Shown: positions 26,887-40,003, numbered from the stretch's first letter. The stretch: DNA of 64,000 bases from Octopus sinensis (GCF_006345805.1 NC_043000.1:107322001-107386000), one strand, 5' to 3'. Notes: generated by a model not told the origin, from the sequence alone. Numbers and translations: made by a program.

Positions 26887-26924
26887 TTAGTTGAAAAAGT
26901 CAAAAAGGCTGAAACCGGTACTAA
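26887..26924 (+). ncRNA. Decayed hammerhead motif
   Basis: TTAG-TTGAAAA-AGTC-AAAAA-GGCT-GAAAC-CG-GTA-CTAA; helices I-III pair, core differs from CTGAAGA at two positions. Confidence 0.4.
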
Positions 26925-26984
26925 CCGTCGCAAAATGTATTCCATGATAAAATCATTTTAGCAATTTCTACCTTATCTTATTTT

Positions 26985-27109
<125 letters not shown>

Positions 27110-27585
27110 AACGTCAATATTCCACGCTGGGATAGATTGGACGAGTTGAGAGGATCCAACGAGACAGGCCTGAAAACTGTATCGAACTACAGTATCTACA
27201 TTGGCGTGGTTTCTAGAACTAGATAACCATTCTTGATACCAACCACATTTACAGTATGTACTGGGTGCTTTTGTTTTCGAGATATCAGCACTCATGAGAT
27301 CGATTTACAGAGGGAGTAGTTCAAATGTGAGAGAAGGAGCCAGAACAAAACTTCACGGAAATTCCTTTCTTTACGGAAACAGTCAAGTTGTGTAGAGGCT
27401 CTGTTGATGGTTAGCTGTATGTTTTTGTGTGTGTTTATGTGTATTATGTTTGTATTTATGTGTGTATATACCTATATATATACGTTTGTACATATGTGTA
27501 CATGTATGTACGATGGATGAATGGACAGATAGATGGATCAATAGATTGATGAATGTATGTGTGTGTTATATATATATATGTATAT

Positions 27586-27650
<65 letters not shown>

Positions 27651-27823
27651 GTTTAAATATTTGTTGTGCAAGATTTTTTATGTGAAGTCGTGTGTTGAAA
27701 CAGATATTGTTATATTTCGGAATGGTCATATTGCCAGTTTAGCCAATAAAACACACGCACTATATATTGGTGTTATTTTGCTTCAGTGATATTTATTTTT
27801 TACATTAATCTTAATCTTATTTC

Positions 27824-27868
27824 GGCCAAAGTTCTTTCGTCACACTCCTGTGACCGCATCAGTGGTCC
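27824..27868 (-). ncRNA. Hammerhead-like motif, C9 variant (inverted partner of 28222-28266)
   Basis: Same sequence as 28222-28266 on the opposite strand. Confidence 0.45.
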
Positions 27869-28221
27869 TTTGTTTTCTTCTCACTTATTTGTGTCTCTCC
27901 TTACTAACCGTCAGCCATTTTGTATTTCTATTGTATGTCTTCATTTGCGCATGCTTATATCTCTATGTGCGTCTATGTTTATTTAGTGTGTGTGTGTGGG
28001 GGGGATGCCTGTAATATTTGTATCTTCTGTTTATATACATTCTTGTAATTTGTATTTTGTTTTTGTTGTTGTTGCTTTTGTTCTAATTTTGTTCATGTGT
28101 TTACTAAATAAACATAGACGCACATAGAGATATAAGCATGCGCAAATGAAGACATACAATAGAAATACAAAATGGCTGACGGTTAGTAAGGAGAGACACA
28201 AATAAGTGAGAAGAAAACAAA

Positions 28222-28266
28222 GGACCACTGATGCGGTCACAGGAGTGTGACGAAAGAACTTTGGCC
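28222..28266 (+). ncRNA. Hammerhead-like motif, C9 variant
   Basis: GGACCA-CTGATGC-G-GTCACA-GGAG-TGTGAC-GAAAG-AA-CTT-TGGCC: 6-bp helix II, helix I pairs, A9>C and U at position 17. Confidence 0.45.
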
Positions 28267-28380
28267 GAAATAAGATTAAGATTAATGTAAAAAATAAATA
28301 TCACCGAAGAAAAATAACACCAAATATATAGTGCGTGTGTTTTTATTGGCTAAACTGGCAATATGACCATTCCGAAATAT

Positions 28381-28416
<36 letters not shown>

Positions 28417-28452
28417 GTATATTATAGAGGCTATGAGAAGACATACAGAGGA

Positions 28453-28509
<57 letters not shown>

Positions 28510-29202
28510 GAAAGAGAAAGTGTATGTGCGAGGAAGAATGAGAGAGAAAGTGAGAGAATGTTATGTAATATACGTGCAAGCATATACATACAAAATATTC
28601 AAGGATATACAAACATCAATATCAAGATATATAACAGTTTACATAGAAACGATACCACATTTCGATTAGTATTACAATTTCATAAGTGAAATAGCCCAAA
28701 GCTGCATTGAAAAGACTAGTCTTTGTGAGCAACTATATCTTCCTTATAGGGGATTGAGTCTTGCATGTGCTCTTGCTTCGCAGAGAAACTACCCATTATT
28801 TTCTACCCTACTCCAATCTTAAATATTGATACGAGGTCATTCGGAGAAAGAGTGCTTGTGGTCTGGTTTTGGCAGTTGGCGCCAAGCTGACGGCTAAAGC
28901 CTTTTGTCCTCTCGGTTTCTGGAGAAATTGATGTGTTTGGAAGAGACCTTTAACCCTTTTCCGGTCAGGGAAAGTTTAAGAAACCACCCTTTAAAATCCC
29001 GTTCGACTGGGCCGGTCAATCGTCGTCGCTCGACTTAGTAGGGTCCCGGGTTCGAAGTTTGAGCGACGGCAGGTTTCGTAACAATATAAAGGAATTGCCG
29101 GCGCATGCGTAAATTGTTATTTGAGGATTTCAAAGGCCCGCTGCTGACCTGTACAGTCGTGTCGAGTTTTTGGCATACGCACAGAGATTGTATAAAGGGA
29201 AC

Positions 29203-29578
29203 AGGCGTGGCTGTGTGGTAAGAAGATTGCTTCCCAACCACATGGTTCCAGATTTAATCCTACTGTGTAGCACCTTGGTCAAATGTCCTCACTATATCCT
29301 TGACCCGACCAAAGCCTTGTGAGTAGTTGGCAGAAACTGAGAGAAGCCCGTCGTATATATGTATGTGTGTGTGTGTGTGTGTGTGCTTGCCCTCCCCTCG
29401 TCGCTTCACAACCGATGTTGGTGTGTTTACGTCCCCGTAACTTAGCGGTATGGCAAAAGAGTGCCGATAGAATAAGTACCAGGCTTACAAAGAATAAATC
29501 CTAGGATCGATTTCTTTGACTAAAAGGCAGTGCTACAGCATGGCTGTAGTCAAATGATTGAAACAAATAAAAGAATAA
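29203..29578 (+). mobile_element. tRNA-headed SINE, family S1
   Basis: Colinear with 14508-14920. Confidence 0.8.
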
Positions 29579-29801
29579 TGTATGCATTTATGTATGTATA
29601 AATAAATAAATATATATACATATACATATTCAATAAAGGGTGGAATATAATTAATTTAATAAAATTAATCAATTTCACCTAGTAGATTTGTCGGTATGGA
29701 AAAGACCATATTTGGTAAGGGTTATAATAATTATAATATAGGGTTAAATGCAACAAGTTGCTCAAAACCACATACATATACATATATGTATGTGTGTGTG
29801 A

Positions 29802-29834
<33 letters not shown>

Positions 29835-29872
29835 TGTATGTATGTATGTATGTATGTATGTATGTACATAAG

Positions 29873-30205
29873 ACCCTGCCTCAGTAAAGCTGGACTCAAG
29901 AGTCATCTTTGTAGTCATAAAGCGAGACAGATGAGTGACAACCTGGCCACTGGTGGTGGTGTAACACACCATACTAATCATATCTATCGGGCATGTGGAA
30001 GAGAGTGTAATTCGGCAGGACTTAAACGACATGCAAAGGTACATGAAGCCCAGTTACAACTACAGCCGGTTATTACCGGTAAAGGTTTTAGTTGCCAATT
30101 CTGTACAAGACATAGTAGATCTTTAGCCGGGCTAAAAAGCTACATTCGATCACAGCACCAGTAACAGTTAAGCTTCGTTCAATGGCCATACTTGATAACG
30201 AGGGG
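29873..30205 (+). mobile_element. RTE-type LINE 3' end with three degenerate C2H2-like fingers
   Basis: RPCLSKAGLKSHLCSH, ACGRECNSAGLKRHAKVH and CQFCTRHSRSLAGLKSYIRSQH, then stop and short tail GGCCATACTTGATAACGAGGGGGCAGCCATAAT. Confidence 0.6.
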
Positions 30206-30768
30206 GCAGCCATAATAACATAAGAGGTAGGTGTATTGGGCTTGAGACCAAGAAATAGATCACTAACTGCATTATATGCTCCCAAACAACGCAGAGTATC
30301 CTGCTAATATAAATGTGCCTGTGTTTGTACACACGAGTAGGTGAACAATGAAAGTAAGTAGCACTCATCTCTTTTAACTGAAGTTGGAAGGCTATACAGC
30401 ACATTACTTAAAATACTGTAGGCATAGAGCACACAGCTCGGGATGTGGTCGCATTCAGTGGCCACGAAACATTAGATAATGCAGAACAGAGTCAACCTGG
30501 TTTTTTTTTCTATATGGCTTGGTGGTAAGAAGTTCCAACCACATCGTCCCAGGTTCAGTCCCATTGCGTGACACGTCGAGCGAATGCCTGCAATAGCCAC
30601 ATGCCGACCAAAGTCTTGTGGCTAGATTTGACCGACGGAAACAGAAATAAACAACCTGTTGTATATGTGAATGTTTGTGAGTTTGTATCTCTGTGCTTGA
30701 CAGAGTTTAGGTATTTGTAATGTGACAGTATAAATTATCGAAACATTTTATTATCATTTTGAAACCAA

Positions 30769-31167
30769 GACGGTGAGCTGGCAGAAACGTTAGCACGCCG
30801 GGCGAAATGCGTAGCCATATTTCGTCTGCTGTTACCTTCTGAGTTTAAATTCCGCCGAGGTCGACTTTGCCTTTCATCCTTTCGGGGTCGATAAACTAAG
30901 TACCAGTTACGCACTGGAGTCGATATAATCGACTTAATCTATTTGTCTGTCCTTGTTTGTCCTCTCTGTGTTTAGCCCCTTGTGGGTAGTAAAGAAATAG
31001 GTATTTCGTCTGTCTTTAGGTTCTGATTTCAAATTCCGCCGAAGTTGACTTTGTCTTTCATCTTTTCAGGGTCGATAAATTAAGTACCAGTTGCGTAATG
31101 AAGTCGATCTAATCGACTGGCCCACTTCTCCAAAATTTCGGGCCTTGTGCCTAGAGTAGAAAAGGTT
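30769..31167 (+). mobile_element. tRNA-headed SINE, family S2, with internal duplication and 12-bp TSD
   Basis: Head GGTGAGCTGGCAGAAACGTTAGCACGCC, B-box GAGTTTAAATTCC; ATTTTGAAACCA present on both flanks. Confidence 0.85.
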
Positions 31168-31745
31168 ATTTTGAAACCACTAGCAACAATTTATGTAGCC
31201 AGTAAGACGACAAACATTTTTATCCACGAGAGATGAGACCGCCTCTGGGGCAAGAGGTTGGTATCTGGTAATTCAGACGGTTGTTGTCAACAATGTGTGT
31301 TACTATATCTCCCTATTCCTATATATATTAGTATATCGGTGTCATAAAAAGTAGAGATTATTATCATTTTTAAATATAGAAACTGGTGCATCATTCATTC
31401 AAATCAAATTAAATATTTTCGTAATTAGAAAATATGTCTTGCTGCATGCCGTACGCAATGTAATTATATCATATACAGTTGCGGCCAAAATGTTCAGAAT
31501 GGCATTGTTTTCGTCAGAAAAGTAAGTATAAGTTTTTATCAAAGTAGTTTTATATTTTATAATTTTTACAGACAATAAATACAATATTAATTGTTATTGT
31601 CTGAGATTTTGGTGTAATTTGAGAGGATAATACAAAAGTTATGGATGATTTAGTGATTTACTGCAAAACCCATGGAGGCCAAAATGATCAGAACGGTTGA
31701 AAAAATAACAAAATAATCAAAAATGACAGAGAATACTGGAATTAT

Positions 31746-32012
31746 TTAATATTTAGTGTGAAACTCTTTAGCTTCAATCACATTCTGACATCTTCGACTG
31801 CATGAGGAAATTAAATTTTCAATTTCATGCTGGGTGATCTTATTCCATTCTTCCTGAAGGGCATTCCATAATTGCTCAGTTGTTTTAGGATTTCTGGCTT
31901 TCGAACGTTCTCCTAGAATATTCCATACATTTTCAATAGGATTGAGATCTGGGCTTTGAGCAGGCCAATCCATAACAATAACCTTTTCAGCCCTGAGGAA
32001 GTTCATGACCAC
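31746..32012 (-). pseudogene. Tc1 transposase C-terminal fragment
   Basis: WPAQSPDLNPIENVW motif, ends FHTKY-stop. Confidence 0.92.
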
Positions 32013-32058
32013 CTAGTACTTATTCTATCAATCTCTTTTGCCGAACCGCTATGGGTGT

Positions 32059-32115
32059 ATTATGCTGATGACAGCAGAACGTTTTACATTTCTAAGCCAG
32101 AAATCGATCTATAAT
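32059..32115 (+). ncRNA. Type I hammerhead motif with mismatched helix II base
   Basis: ATTATG-CTGATGA-CAGCAGAA..TTCTAAGCCA-GAAAT-CG-ATC-TATAAT: intact core, 6-bp helix I, palindromic ATCGAT helix III, AUC site. Confidence 0.5.
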
Positions 32116-32297
32116 TAATCTTTTTTTCCAAAAATCTTATTTATTTATTCGTCTGCTCGTTTACAACCCGTGCAAACGGAGTGTTGATGAGGTTTTTAGA
32201 GCCATTTGGCGCCTATTTCTAACGTATTTGTGGGATTTATCCGCACCCTTTAATATAATTATATCTATATAATTATATATTAGTTTATATATATATC

Positions 32298-32374
<77 letters not shown>

Positions 32375-32511
32375 GTATGTATGTACGTGTGTGTGTGTGT
32401 GTGTTAAATCTTGTTTCTTCAGTTTACTTATTTTTTCTATTTTATATGTGTTATTTACCTATTTATTATTTTATTATTGGTATTATTTTTACATGTGCAT
32501 AACCTTATTTA

Positions 32512-32550
<39 letters not shown>

Positions 32551-32847
32551 CACACACACTCATACATGCATACATTTATACTTACATCCACGCTCAGTTA
32601 CAGATAGAAACCTGCGCGGATATATACATGCACACACATAATTGTATATATCCATATATATACACGTATATACATACACATATAGAAGCACTGTACTGTA
32701 TCATAATATTGTATTACATGCAAAGAATTATAAATTTCTCCAACAAAATCATTAAAAAATATCTTTCAATGAGTGTATGATAAAACATTTTGTCCACAAA
32801 ATAACCTTGGAAAATACGGTGAGACTTTACACGCCGGTAAATAAGGT

Positions 32848-33435
32848 GGCGAGCTGGTAGAAACGTTAGCACGCCGGGCGAAATGCTTAGTGGTATTTCG
32901 TCTGCCGTTACGTTGTGAGTTCAAATTCCGCCGAGGTCGACTTTGCCTTTCATCCTTTCGGGGTCGATAAATTAAGTACCAGTTAAGCACTGGGGTCGAT
33001 ATAATCGACTTAATACCTATGTCTGTCCATGTTTGTCCCCTCTATGTTCAGCCCCTTGTGGGTAATAAAGAAATAGGTATTTCGTCTGCCATTACGTTCT
33101 GAGTTCAAATTCCGCCGAGGTCGACTTTGCCTTTCATCCTTTCTGGGTCGATAAATTAAGTACCAGTTACGCACTGGGGTCGATGTAATCGACTTAATCT
33201 CCTTGTCTGTCCTCTCTGTATTTATCCCCTTATGGGTAGTAAAGAAATAGGTATTTCGTCTGCGGTTACGTTCTGAGTTCAAATTCCGCCGAGGTCGACT
33301 TTGCATTTCATCCTTTCGAGGTCGATTAAATAAGTACCAGTTACGCACTGGGGTCGATATAATCAACTTAATCCGTTTGACTGTCCTTGTTTGTCCTCTC
33401 TGTATTTAGCCCCTTGTGGGTAGTAAAGAAATAGG
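32848..33435 (+). mobile_element. SINE family S2 with three tandem body units
   Basis: Single head, GTATTTCGTCTG units at 32893, 33077, 33251; absent from the paralogous block near 10910. Confidence 0.88.
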
Positions 33436-33993
33436 TAAATACAGTGTGTATATGTGTCTGGAGAGAGAGAGAGAGAGGGGGAGAGAAAGGGAAAGAGAGT
33501 GAGAGAGAGTCAGAAGGCATACAGGCAGACAAATAGTTGAGTTCGTATAAGGATAATGCTGATGCAAAGTTTATAGGAAAGTGGGACCTAAACAGAAATT
33601 TTATGCATGTGTGTGTATGCGTGCGTGTGTGTATGTGTGTAAATCTGTGTGTTAATGTATGCACGTGTGCATGATATTGCAATAGGAGACAGAACAAATT
33701 TTAAAATATTGTGGAATTTACATATATATAACGATTGCAGCGTGGAAGGTGTTTATAATGTGTTTTTAAATGACTTATAAACACCTTCCACGCTGCAATA
33801 GTTTATGTTTCAGCACACGATCTCAGATTAAGTCACTTGCTATGCAAGTACATCTCCGTAATATATATATATATACAGAGAGAGGGTAGAGGAAGATTTA
33901 AGACAATAGCACTTATACGGCCATACACTCACAAACTTACACGCACACACCTCACATCTCTCTATCTCTGTCTCTCAGATGCACGCACGCACA

Positions 33994-34056
<63 letters not shown>

Positions 34057-34440
34057 ACTGACACACACAAACACACACGAATTACTTTTGACATTTGTTT
34101 ACCGTTCATTTATATTTTCCTTTTACTTCGCGCGCTTCTTTTGCACTGCCATTTAATTATTTATGTATTTAATTTTTATGCTGTTCTTTTTATTCCTCAA
34201 CTGTTTTAATTTTATTGGTTAGTATTTTTTGTACACTTTCGTTGCAGCTTTTTATTGAGGTTTTGACATCCTGATACAAAACATTATGAAGCGACGTTAT
34301 CGACGCTAAATTATAGTTGCGTACAAATGTTCGCTACACGAACGGCGTCTTTTTTTTTTGTTTTTGTGTTTTATCTCCAACTGCTTGTCTATTTTCACTA
34401 ACAGCATTTCTCTGTCGCTGTCTTTTCAGTAGCGGATGAT

Positions 34441-34478
<38 letters not shown>

Positions 34479-34485
34479 TATACAT

Positions 34486-34527
<42 letters not shown>

Positions 34528-34674
34528 AAATAGTGTACATTTAAACACAAGAGAAAACTGCCTTGAACAGGCAGTTTTTACACGCTAGAAGAAGTAGTTA
34601 AAACGACCAAAACCACATTTTAAGAGCAATCTTTAAAAGAAACTAAAAATAAAAACTTTTACCTTATTTTATTC

Positions 34675-34747
34675 CGGTCGGACCTAGGTTTCTAAATTTT
34701 TTTAGCAAATAAGATAATTGTTAAGCGAAATTTTTCATCAGTGACCG
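34675..34747 (-). ncRNA. Type I hammerhead ribozyme (family C, second copy)
   Basis: Same motif as 12923-12996 with a 1-nt deletion in distal helix II. Confidence 0.7.
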
Positions 34748-34757
34748 CGCCATAACA

Positions 34758-34810
<53 letters not shown>

Positions 34811-34835
34811 TGTGTATCTGAGGTGGTTCCTCGAT

Positions 34836-35432
34836 TCCAGATATCATCCCCCAAACCATGACACTTCCTCCACCGAATTTAACACTAGTCTTAAGGCATT
34901 TAGGCGACAATTTTTCGCTTACTTTTCTACGAACGTACCTTTTCCAATCTGAGCCAAATAACATAAATTTAGATTCATCACTGAAATGCACCGTTTGCCA
35001 TTTTTCTTGAGACCACAACACATATTTGGTTGCAAAGGTAAGACGACACTTTTTATTCTTGGAGCTGATCAGTGGCTTCACTGCAGGTGCTCTTGCTTGT
35101 AGGTCATGTTCAACTAAACGACGAGACACAGTTTTTCGAGATAAAGTTTTCTTCAATACAATGCTCATTTTCCGAGAAACAGCAACAGCAGTTTTAAATC
35201 TGTCCTTTTTAACCAACTTTACCATAGCATGATCTTCTCCTTTGGTCGTTTTTCTTGGCCTACCTGTAAACTTTCTTGCTTCACACGAACCACAATCATC
35301 GTAGACCTTAAGAATACCGTGTACAACATTTTTTGACTTGTTAACAATCTTTGCAATAGATCCAATACTTAAATTATCCTTTCTTCGAAGCTTAAGCATC
35401 TGCTGGCGAATTGGTAACGGAGTAAGTGGCAT
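34836..35432 (-). pseudogene. Tc1 transposase N-terminal two-thirds
   Basis: HTH region, GRPRKTT, VHFSDESKF and GGGSVMVWGMISG motifs in an uninterrupted frame; truncated by insertion. Confidence 0.93.
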
Positions 35433-35917
35433 TATATTAACAAAGTACACTGCAATAATTCTTACTAATGTTTAGTAAACGAATCGTCACGTAAACAAAT
35501 TCAAAACATTAGAGTTCACCGGTTAAATATACTAAAACACGGAGTAAAAGCAACCGTTCTGATAATTTTGGCCGCTATGGGTTTTGCAGTAAATCACTAA
35601 ATCATCCATAACTTTTGTATTATCCTCTCAAATTACACCAAAATCTCAGGCAATAACAAATAATGTCGTATTTATTGTCTGTGAAAATTATAGAATATAA
35701 AACAAATTTGATAAAAAATTATATCTACTTTTCTGACGAAAACAATGCCGTTCTGAACATTTTGGCCGCCACTGTATATCATGTATCATGTATATGTATA
35801 TGTATATGACTGCGTGTGTACATATACATATACATATGTATATGTATGTGACCGCGTGTGTACTGTTGGCGATTTTTTCCCTCCATCTTCCCTTCTTTGG
35901 ATCTTTCCTTTTCCTAT

Positions 35918-35952
35918 GTTTCTGACGAAGAGCTCCGCTCGAAACGTAAAAC
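35918..35952 (+). ncRNA. Minimal type I hammerhead ribozyme with intact core
   Basis: GTTT-CTGACGA-A-GAGC-TCC-GCTC-GAAAC-GTA-AAAC: 4-bp helix I, 4-bp helix II, loopless ACGT helix III, GUA site. Confidence 0.82.
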
Positions 35953-36540
35953 CCTCCTTCTTCCCTTCCTTCCTGAGCGTCCAATAATACTATATTTGTT
36001 CCACGACCTCGCGTTGTTGTGTTTTCTCTTTGTGTTTTCATGTATGTATGTATGTATGTATGTATGTATGTGTATGTATGTATGATTATGTGTGGTGGTT
36101 GTGTATGTATGTATGTATGTATGTATGTATGTATGTTGGTATGTATGTATGTGTGTATGTGTGTATGTATGTATGTATGTATTAGGTATGTATGTATGTA
36201 TGTGTGAGTGTGTGTGTGTGTACAATACGCGTGTATATCTCGTATCTGTTTCAGTACTTTTTTAAGGTAGGTACTTATTCTATTGGTCTCTTTTGCCGAG
36301 CCACTAAGTTATGGGAACGTAAACATACTAACACTTGTTGTGAAGCAGTGGTAGGATACACACACAGACACACAAACATATACGACGGGTTTCCTTCAGT
36401 TTCCGTCAACCACATTCACACACAAGGCTTCGGTCGGCCCGAAGGTAAAGTAGAAAAGTCAAGGTGCCACTCAATGAGACTGAACTAGGAACCATGTGGT
36501 TGGGAAATAAGTTTCTTACTCCGCAGCCACACCTGCGCCT

Positions 36541-36975
36541 TATCACCTGGATCGACCAGGCTGTCTGGTACTGAGTCAGCTCCACTGGCCACAGCATTTG
36601 CTTCATTCCCCTCGTGCTCTCGCCTTTCTCCTCCACGTTGCAAACCATCTTCCCACCTGATTGGAGGTCTTCCGAGTGGTCTCTTCCGCTTGCGCAGGTA
36701 CCACTCGACAAGTGCACGGATCCACCGATCATCTGTTAACCTTGCGACATGACAGGCCCATCGCAGCTTTGTGTGGTGGTATTCTGCGACGACGTCCTTC
36801 AGTCCAGTTCTATCCCAGACCTCCTCGTTCTAGATGTGATCTCTTAGCGAGATTCTCAGCATCGAACTTTCCATGGCTCTCAGCGCTGTAGGCTCTTCCT
36901 CAAGGCCCAAGTCTCACATGCGTAAATCATTGTAGGCAAGACTGTTGTTGAAAAGATTAGCACGAGTTGCCTTGT
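36541..36975 (-). mobile_element. RTE-clade LINE 3' fragment (decayed)
   Basis: RAMESSMLRISLRDHI and WACHVARLTDDRWIRALVEWYLRKRKRPLGRPPIRWED resemble the RTE ORF C-terminus. Confidence 0.75.
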
Positions 36976-37192
36976 CTAGTTACGCCTTCAGCACACACAC
37001 ACACACACACACCACACACACACACACACACAGACACACATATATATACGACGGGCTTCTTTCAGTTTCCGTCTACCAAATCCACTCACAAGTCTTTGGT
37101 CGACCCGAGGCTATAGTAGAAGGTACTACGCAGTGGGACTGAACCCAGAACAATGTGGTTGGTAAGCAAGCTACTTACTACACAGCCACTCC

Positions 37193-37224
<32 letters not shown>

Positions 37225-38032
37225 CATACATACATACATCATTTACTATCTTGACAGATTTGATAAGAAACCTTTCCACATGCCCCACACCATTCCTGTG
37301 GTGTTTAGTAGTTACAAGTCTCAAAGTGAAAGTTTTGATACTAAAACTGCCCTTCTAACGATAGTTAATGCTTTGGAATCAATGAAGAAGCATTCTTACT
37401 TATATTTATGGATAAAAACTGATTTCTCACACCATCAAAATTTTGAGTGAGAGTATGAGAAGCCGGACAGTCAATTAAATATATCTTCTGGTATTATGCT
37501 ATATTGATCACAGAAGGTTCTCGGTAGGATTTGAACTCAGAACGTAAAGGACCGCCGTAACTTAACACGGCGGAGTATTTTGTCCGTCTCTCTAACGATT
37601 CTCCATATTCATCGTCTTTGTGCATGTATGAATATTAAATCTATATTTTGTGATGGCAGACACCTACTCATACGTGCCAATTAAATTTTTGATTAAAATA
37701 AACTGCAATGAAACTAGGCAAGTAACGGTGGAAGAAACCAGAGGGTTTCTTCTTACAATTAAGTTAACATTGTGATATGATTGATTTTGAAATTTCAAAA
37801 TGTGTTTTATTTCTGATTTTATACCATTATTTCTCGCTTTTTTTCATCCATCATTTTCAATTTTGTCCATTGTATCAAAATTTTGTCACCACCACCACCA
37901 CCACCACCACCACCACCAACTGATGATGAGGATGATGATGATCATCATCGGTGGCAGATTCGTTACTGCGTCGCCTGAAATTCTCAATATCATTTCTTCC
38001 GGCTTTTTATCTTCTGATTTTAGATTCCGCTC

Positions 38033-38194
38033 ATCATCATCATCATCACCATCATCACCACCATCACCACCACCACCACCACCACCACCACCACCACCAC
38101 CACCACCACCACCTTCTTCTTCTTCTTCTTCTTCTTCTTCTTCTTCTTCTTCTTCTTCTTCTTCTTCTTCTTCTTCTTCTTCTTCTTCTTCTTC
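38033..38194. repeat. Compound (CAT)/(CAC)/(TTC) trinucleotide microsatellite
   Basis: Direct inspection. Confidence 0.95.
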
Positions 38195-38538
38195 TCCTTT
38201 GTGTATGTGTGTGCGTGTATGACATTTTCATTTTTCTTTGCGTTTCTTTGCGTCAGCCTGTCTTGCGGCTGCACAGCGTTTTTTTGTTGTATATGTGTTT
38301 ATTTTGTCGTGTTTGTTTTCGTCATTGTCCTATACATTCGTTAGCTATTTCCCAGTAGCTTTTTGCCACTGGCTCCACCAAAAGTGAACAATATCAACGT
38401 TAAAGGCGCGAAATTGTAAGGATCTTTTGGACGTTGACTAAGGTACGAATTTTCTGTTTGTTATGTTTTTGCAATAGTTCCGTTTGTTGGTTGTTGTTCA
38501 TTATATATATTATATATATATATTATATATATATATAT

Positions 38539-38978
38539 ACACGAGCCCAAAGCCCCGTCCCATGGACGGTGCTGAGTTGTCAAACATTTAAACCAATTTT
38601 CTCAAAACACTTGTCCGACCGTCAATAGGCCTCTCCTTTGAGAAAAACTGATTTAACCTAAATTTGAGACACCAACAAAAGAAGAAATAAAGATAGACTT
38701 TTTTCTATTCCAAAGAAAAACGATTTTATTCACACAAATAAGCAACCGAAGAGTTTAAAGTACCAGTAAGTACATCGCAGCAGCTGATGTACTTGCGCGT
38801 ACAAATGCACGATCTCACGGCTTTATAGATCGCATTCTCACATGGAATCGATTTTTGTAATTTTTTCAAGACTTATACATGCCCTGATACCGTCGGTATA
38901 TACATATCGAATTTGAGCGCAGTCGAATGGAGGATGCCCGAGATCCTAGAAGACACACAGACAGAACGGATTTTATAT
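38539..38978 (+). mobile_element. Helitron/Helentron-like element, family F copy 2
   Basis: Same 5' end and 3' about 200 bp as 2818-3366, different interior. Confidence 0.5.
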
Positions 38979-39604
38979 AATATATATATATATATATATG
39001 TATTAATGGCGACTCCGACACTCGGGCTTTGTAAAGTGAACGCGTATTTGCAAGCTAATTTAATTTCTGTAAACACTGACTTGAAGTATATAATTGCAGC
39101 CGATAAGTTACAGCTCGAGTTGTTATCTATAATCGTATGAATTAAAAGTAATTCAAATTCAGTGATTTTTTTTTTGAAACAATAAATTTCTACAGAGATT
39201 AGGATTTAAATTCCAATCTATGAAAAGTTTCCGTTCTACAATATTCTTAAAGGAACGAACAATTATCCAGCAACTCTGTCTAATACGAACGAGCCTGCTA
39301 GGCGTAAAAGACTAACTGGCATCTCTTGTCTAGTGTACAGGCAACAGTCAGATCGTTGATGTTTGTTGTGACTCCTCTGTCGTTATTTCACTGCTGTTAT
39401 TCTGTGCGTCTGTGAGTAAAGAACAGTTGCATTTTGGAGGGTTGCTTTATTTTCACCCTTTAACTTAGAAATAGAGAAAGACATAGTACTAGATATAAAA
39501 TATAAGCATTTTGGGGCTAGAAATAAAGAGGAAAAACGGGAAACTCTTCGAGCAGGCGTGTTTCACGCGAAATTGTGATGGGCCCGAGTGACGCTGATGT
39601 CGTT

Positions 39605-39693
<89 letters not shown>

Positions 39694-39698
<5 letters not shown>

Positions 39699-40003
39699 CG
39701 TGATCACCGTGACCGACCAGGCTATCGGATGTTGAGACACATCGCTGGTTACAATGCGCTTCGCATTATTTTAGCCTTCAAATGACGCCACCCCGCTGGG
39801 GCTAAGCGAGCAGGCCAACTGGAGAAAGAGTGAGAAAGTTGTGGCGAAAGAGTACAGCAGGGATCTCCACACCCCTTGCCGGAGCCTAGTGGAGCTTTAG
39901 ATGTTTTCGCTCAATAAACACTCACAACGCCCGGTCTGGGAATCGAAACTGCGATCCTACGACCGCGAGTCCGCTGCCCTAACCACTGGGCCATTGCGCC
40001 TCC
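39694..40003 (-). mobile_element. Full-length tRNA-headed SINE, family S3
   Basis: Head GGAGGCGCAATGGCCCAGTGGTTAGGGC, B-box GTTTCGATTCCC, tail ending in tandem CACGGTGAT. Confidence 0.8.

Larger units (their letters stand above)
27705..28388. repeat. Inverted duplication (about 280-bp arms) carrying a hammerhead-like motif
   Basis: 27705-27986 is the reverse complement of 28103-28388 (the ORF track shows the identical 66-aa ORF on both strands). Confidence 0.92.
31476..35774 (-). mobile_element. Tc1-like transposon, interrupted by about 2.8 kb of foreign DNA
   Basis: TIRs CAGTTGCGGCCAAAATGTTCAGAA / TTCTGAACATTTTGGCCGCCACTG (homology extends over 200 bp), TA on both flanks. Confidence 0.92.

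Noticed and set aside
39940-40003. tRNA gene (also the heads at 14508 and 30772)
   Set aside because: A/B boxes are present but run into SINE bodies and lack a complete cloverleaf and terminator.
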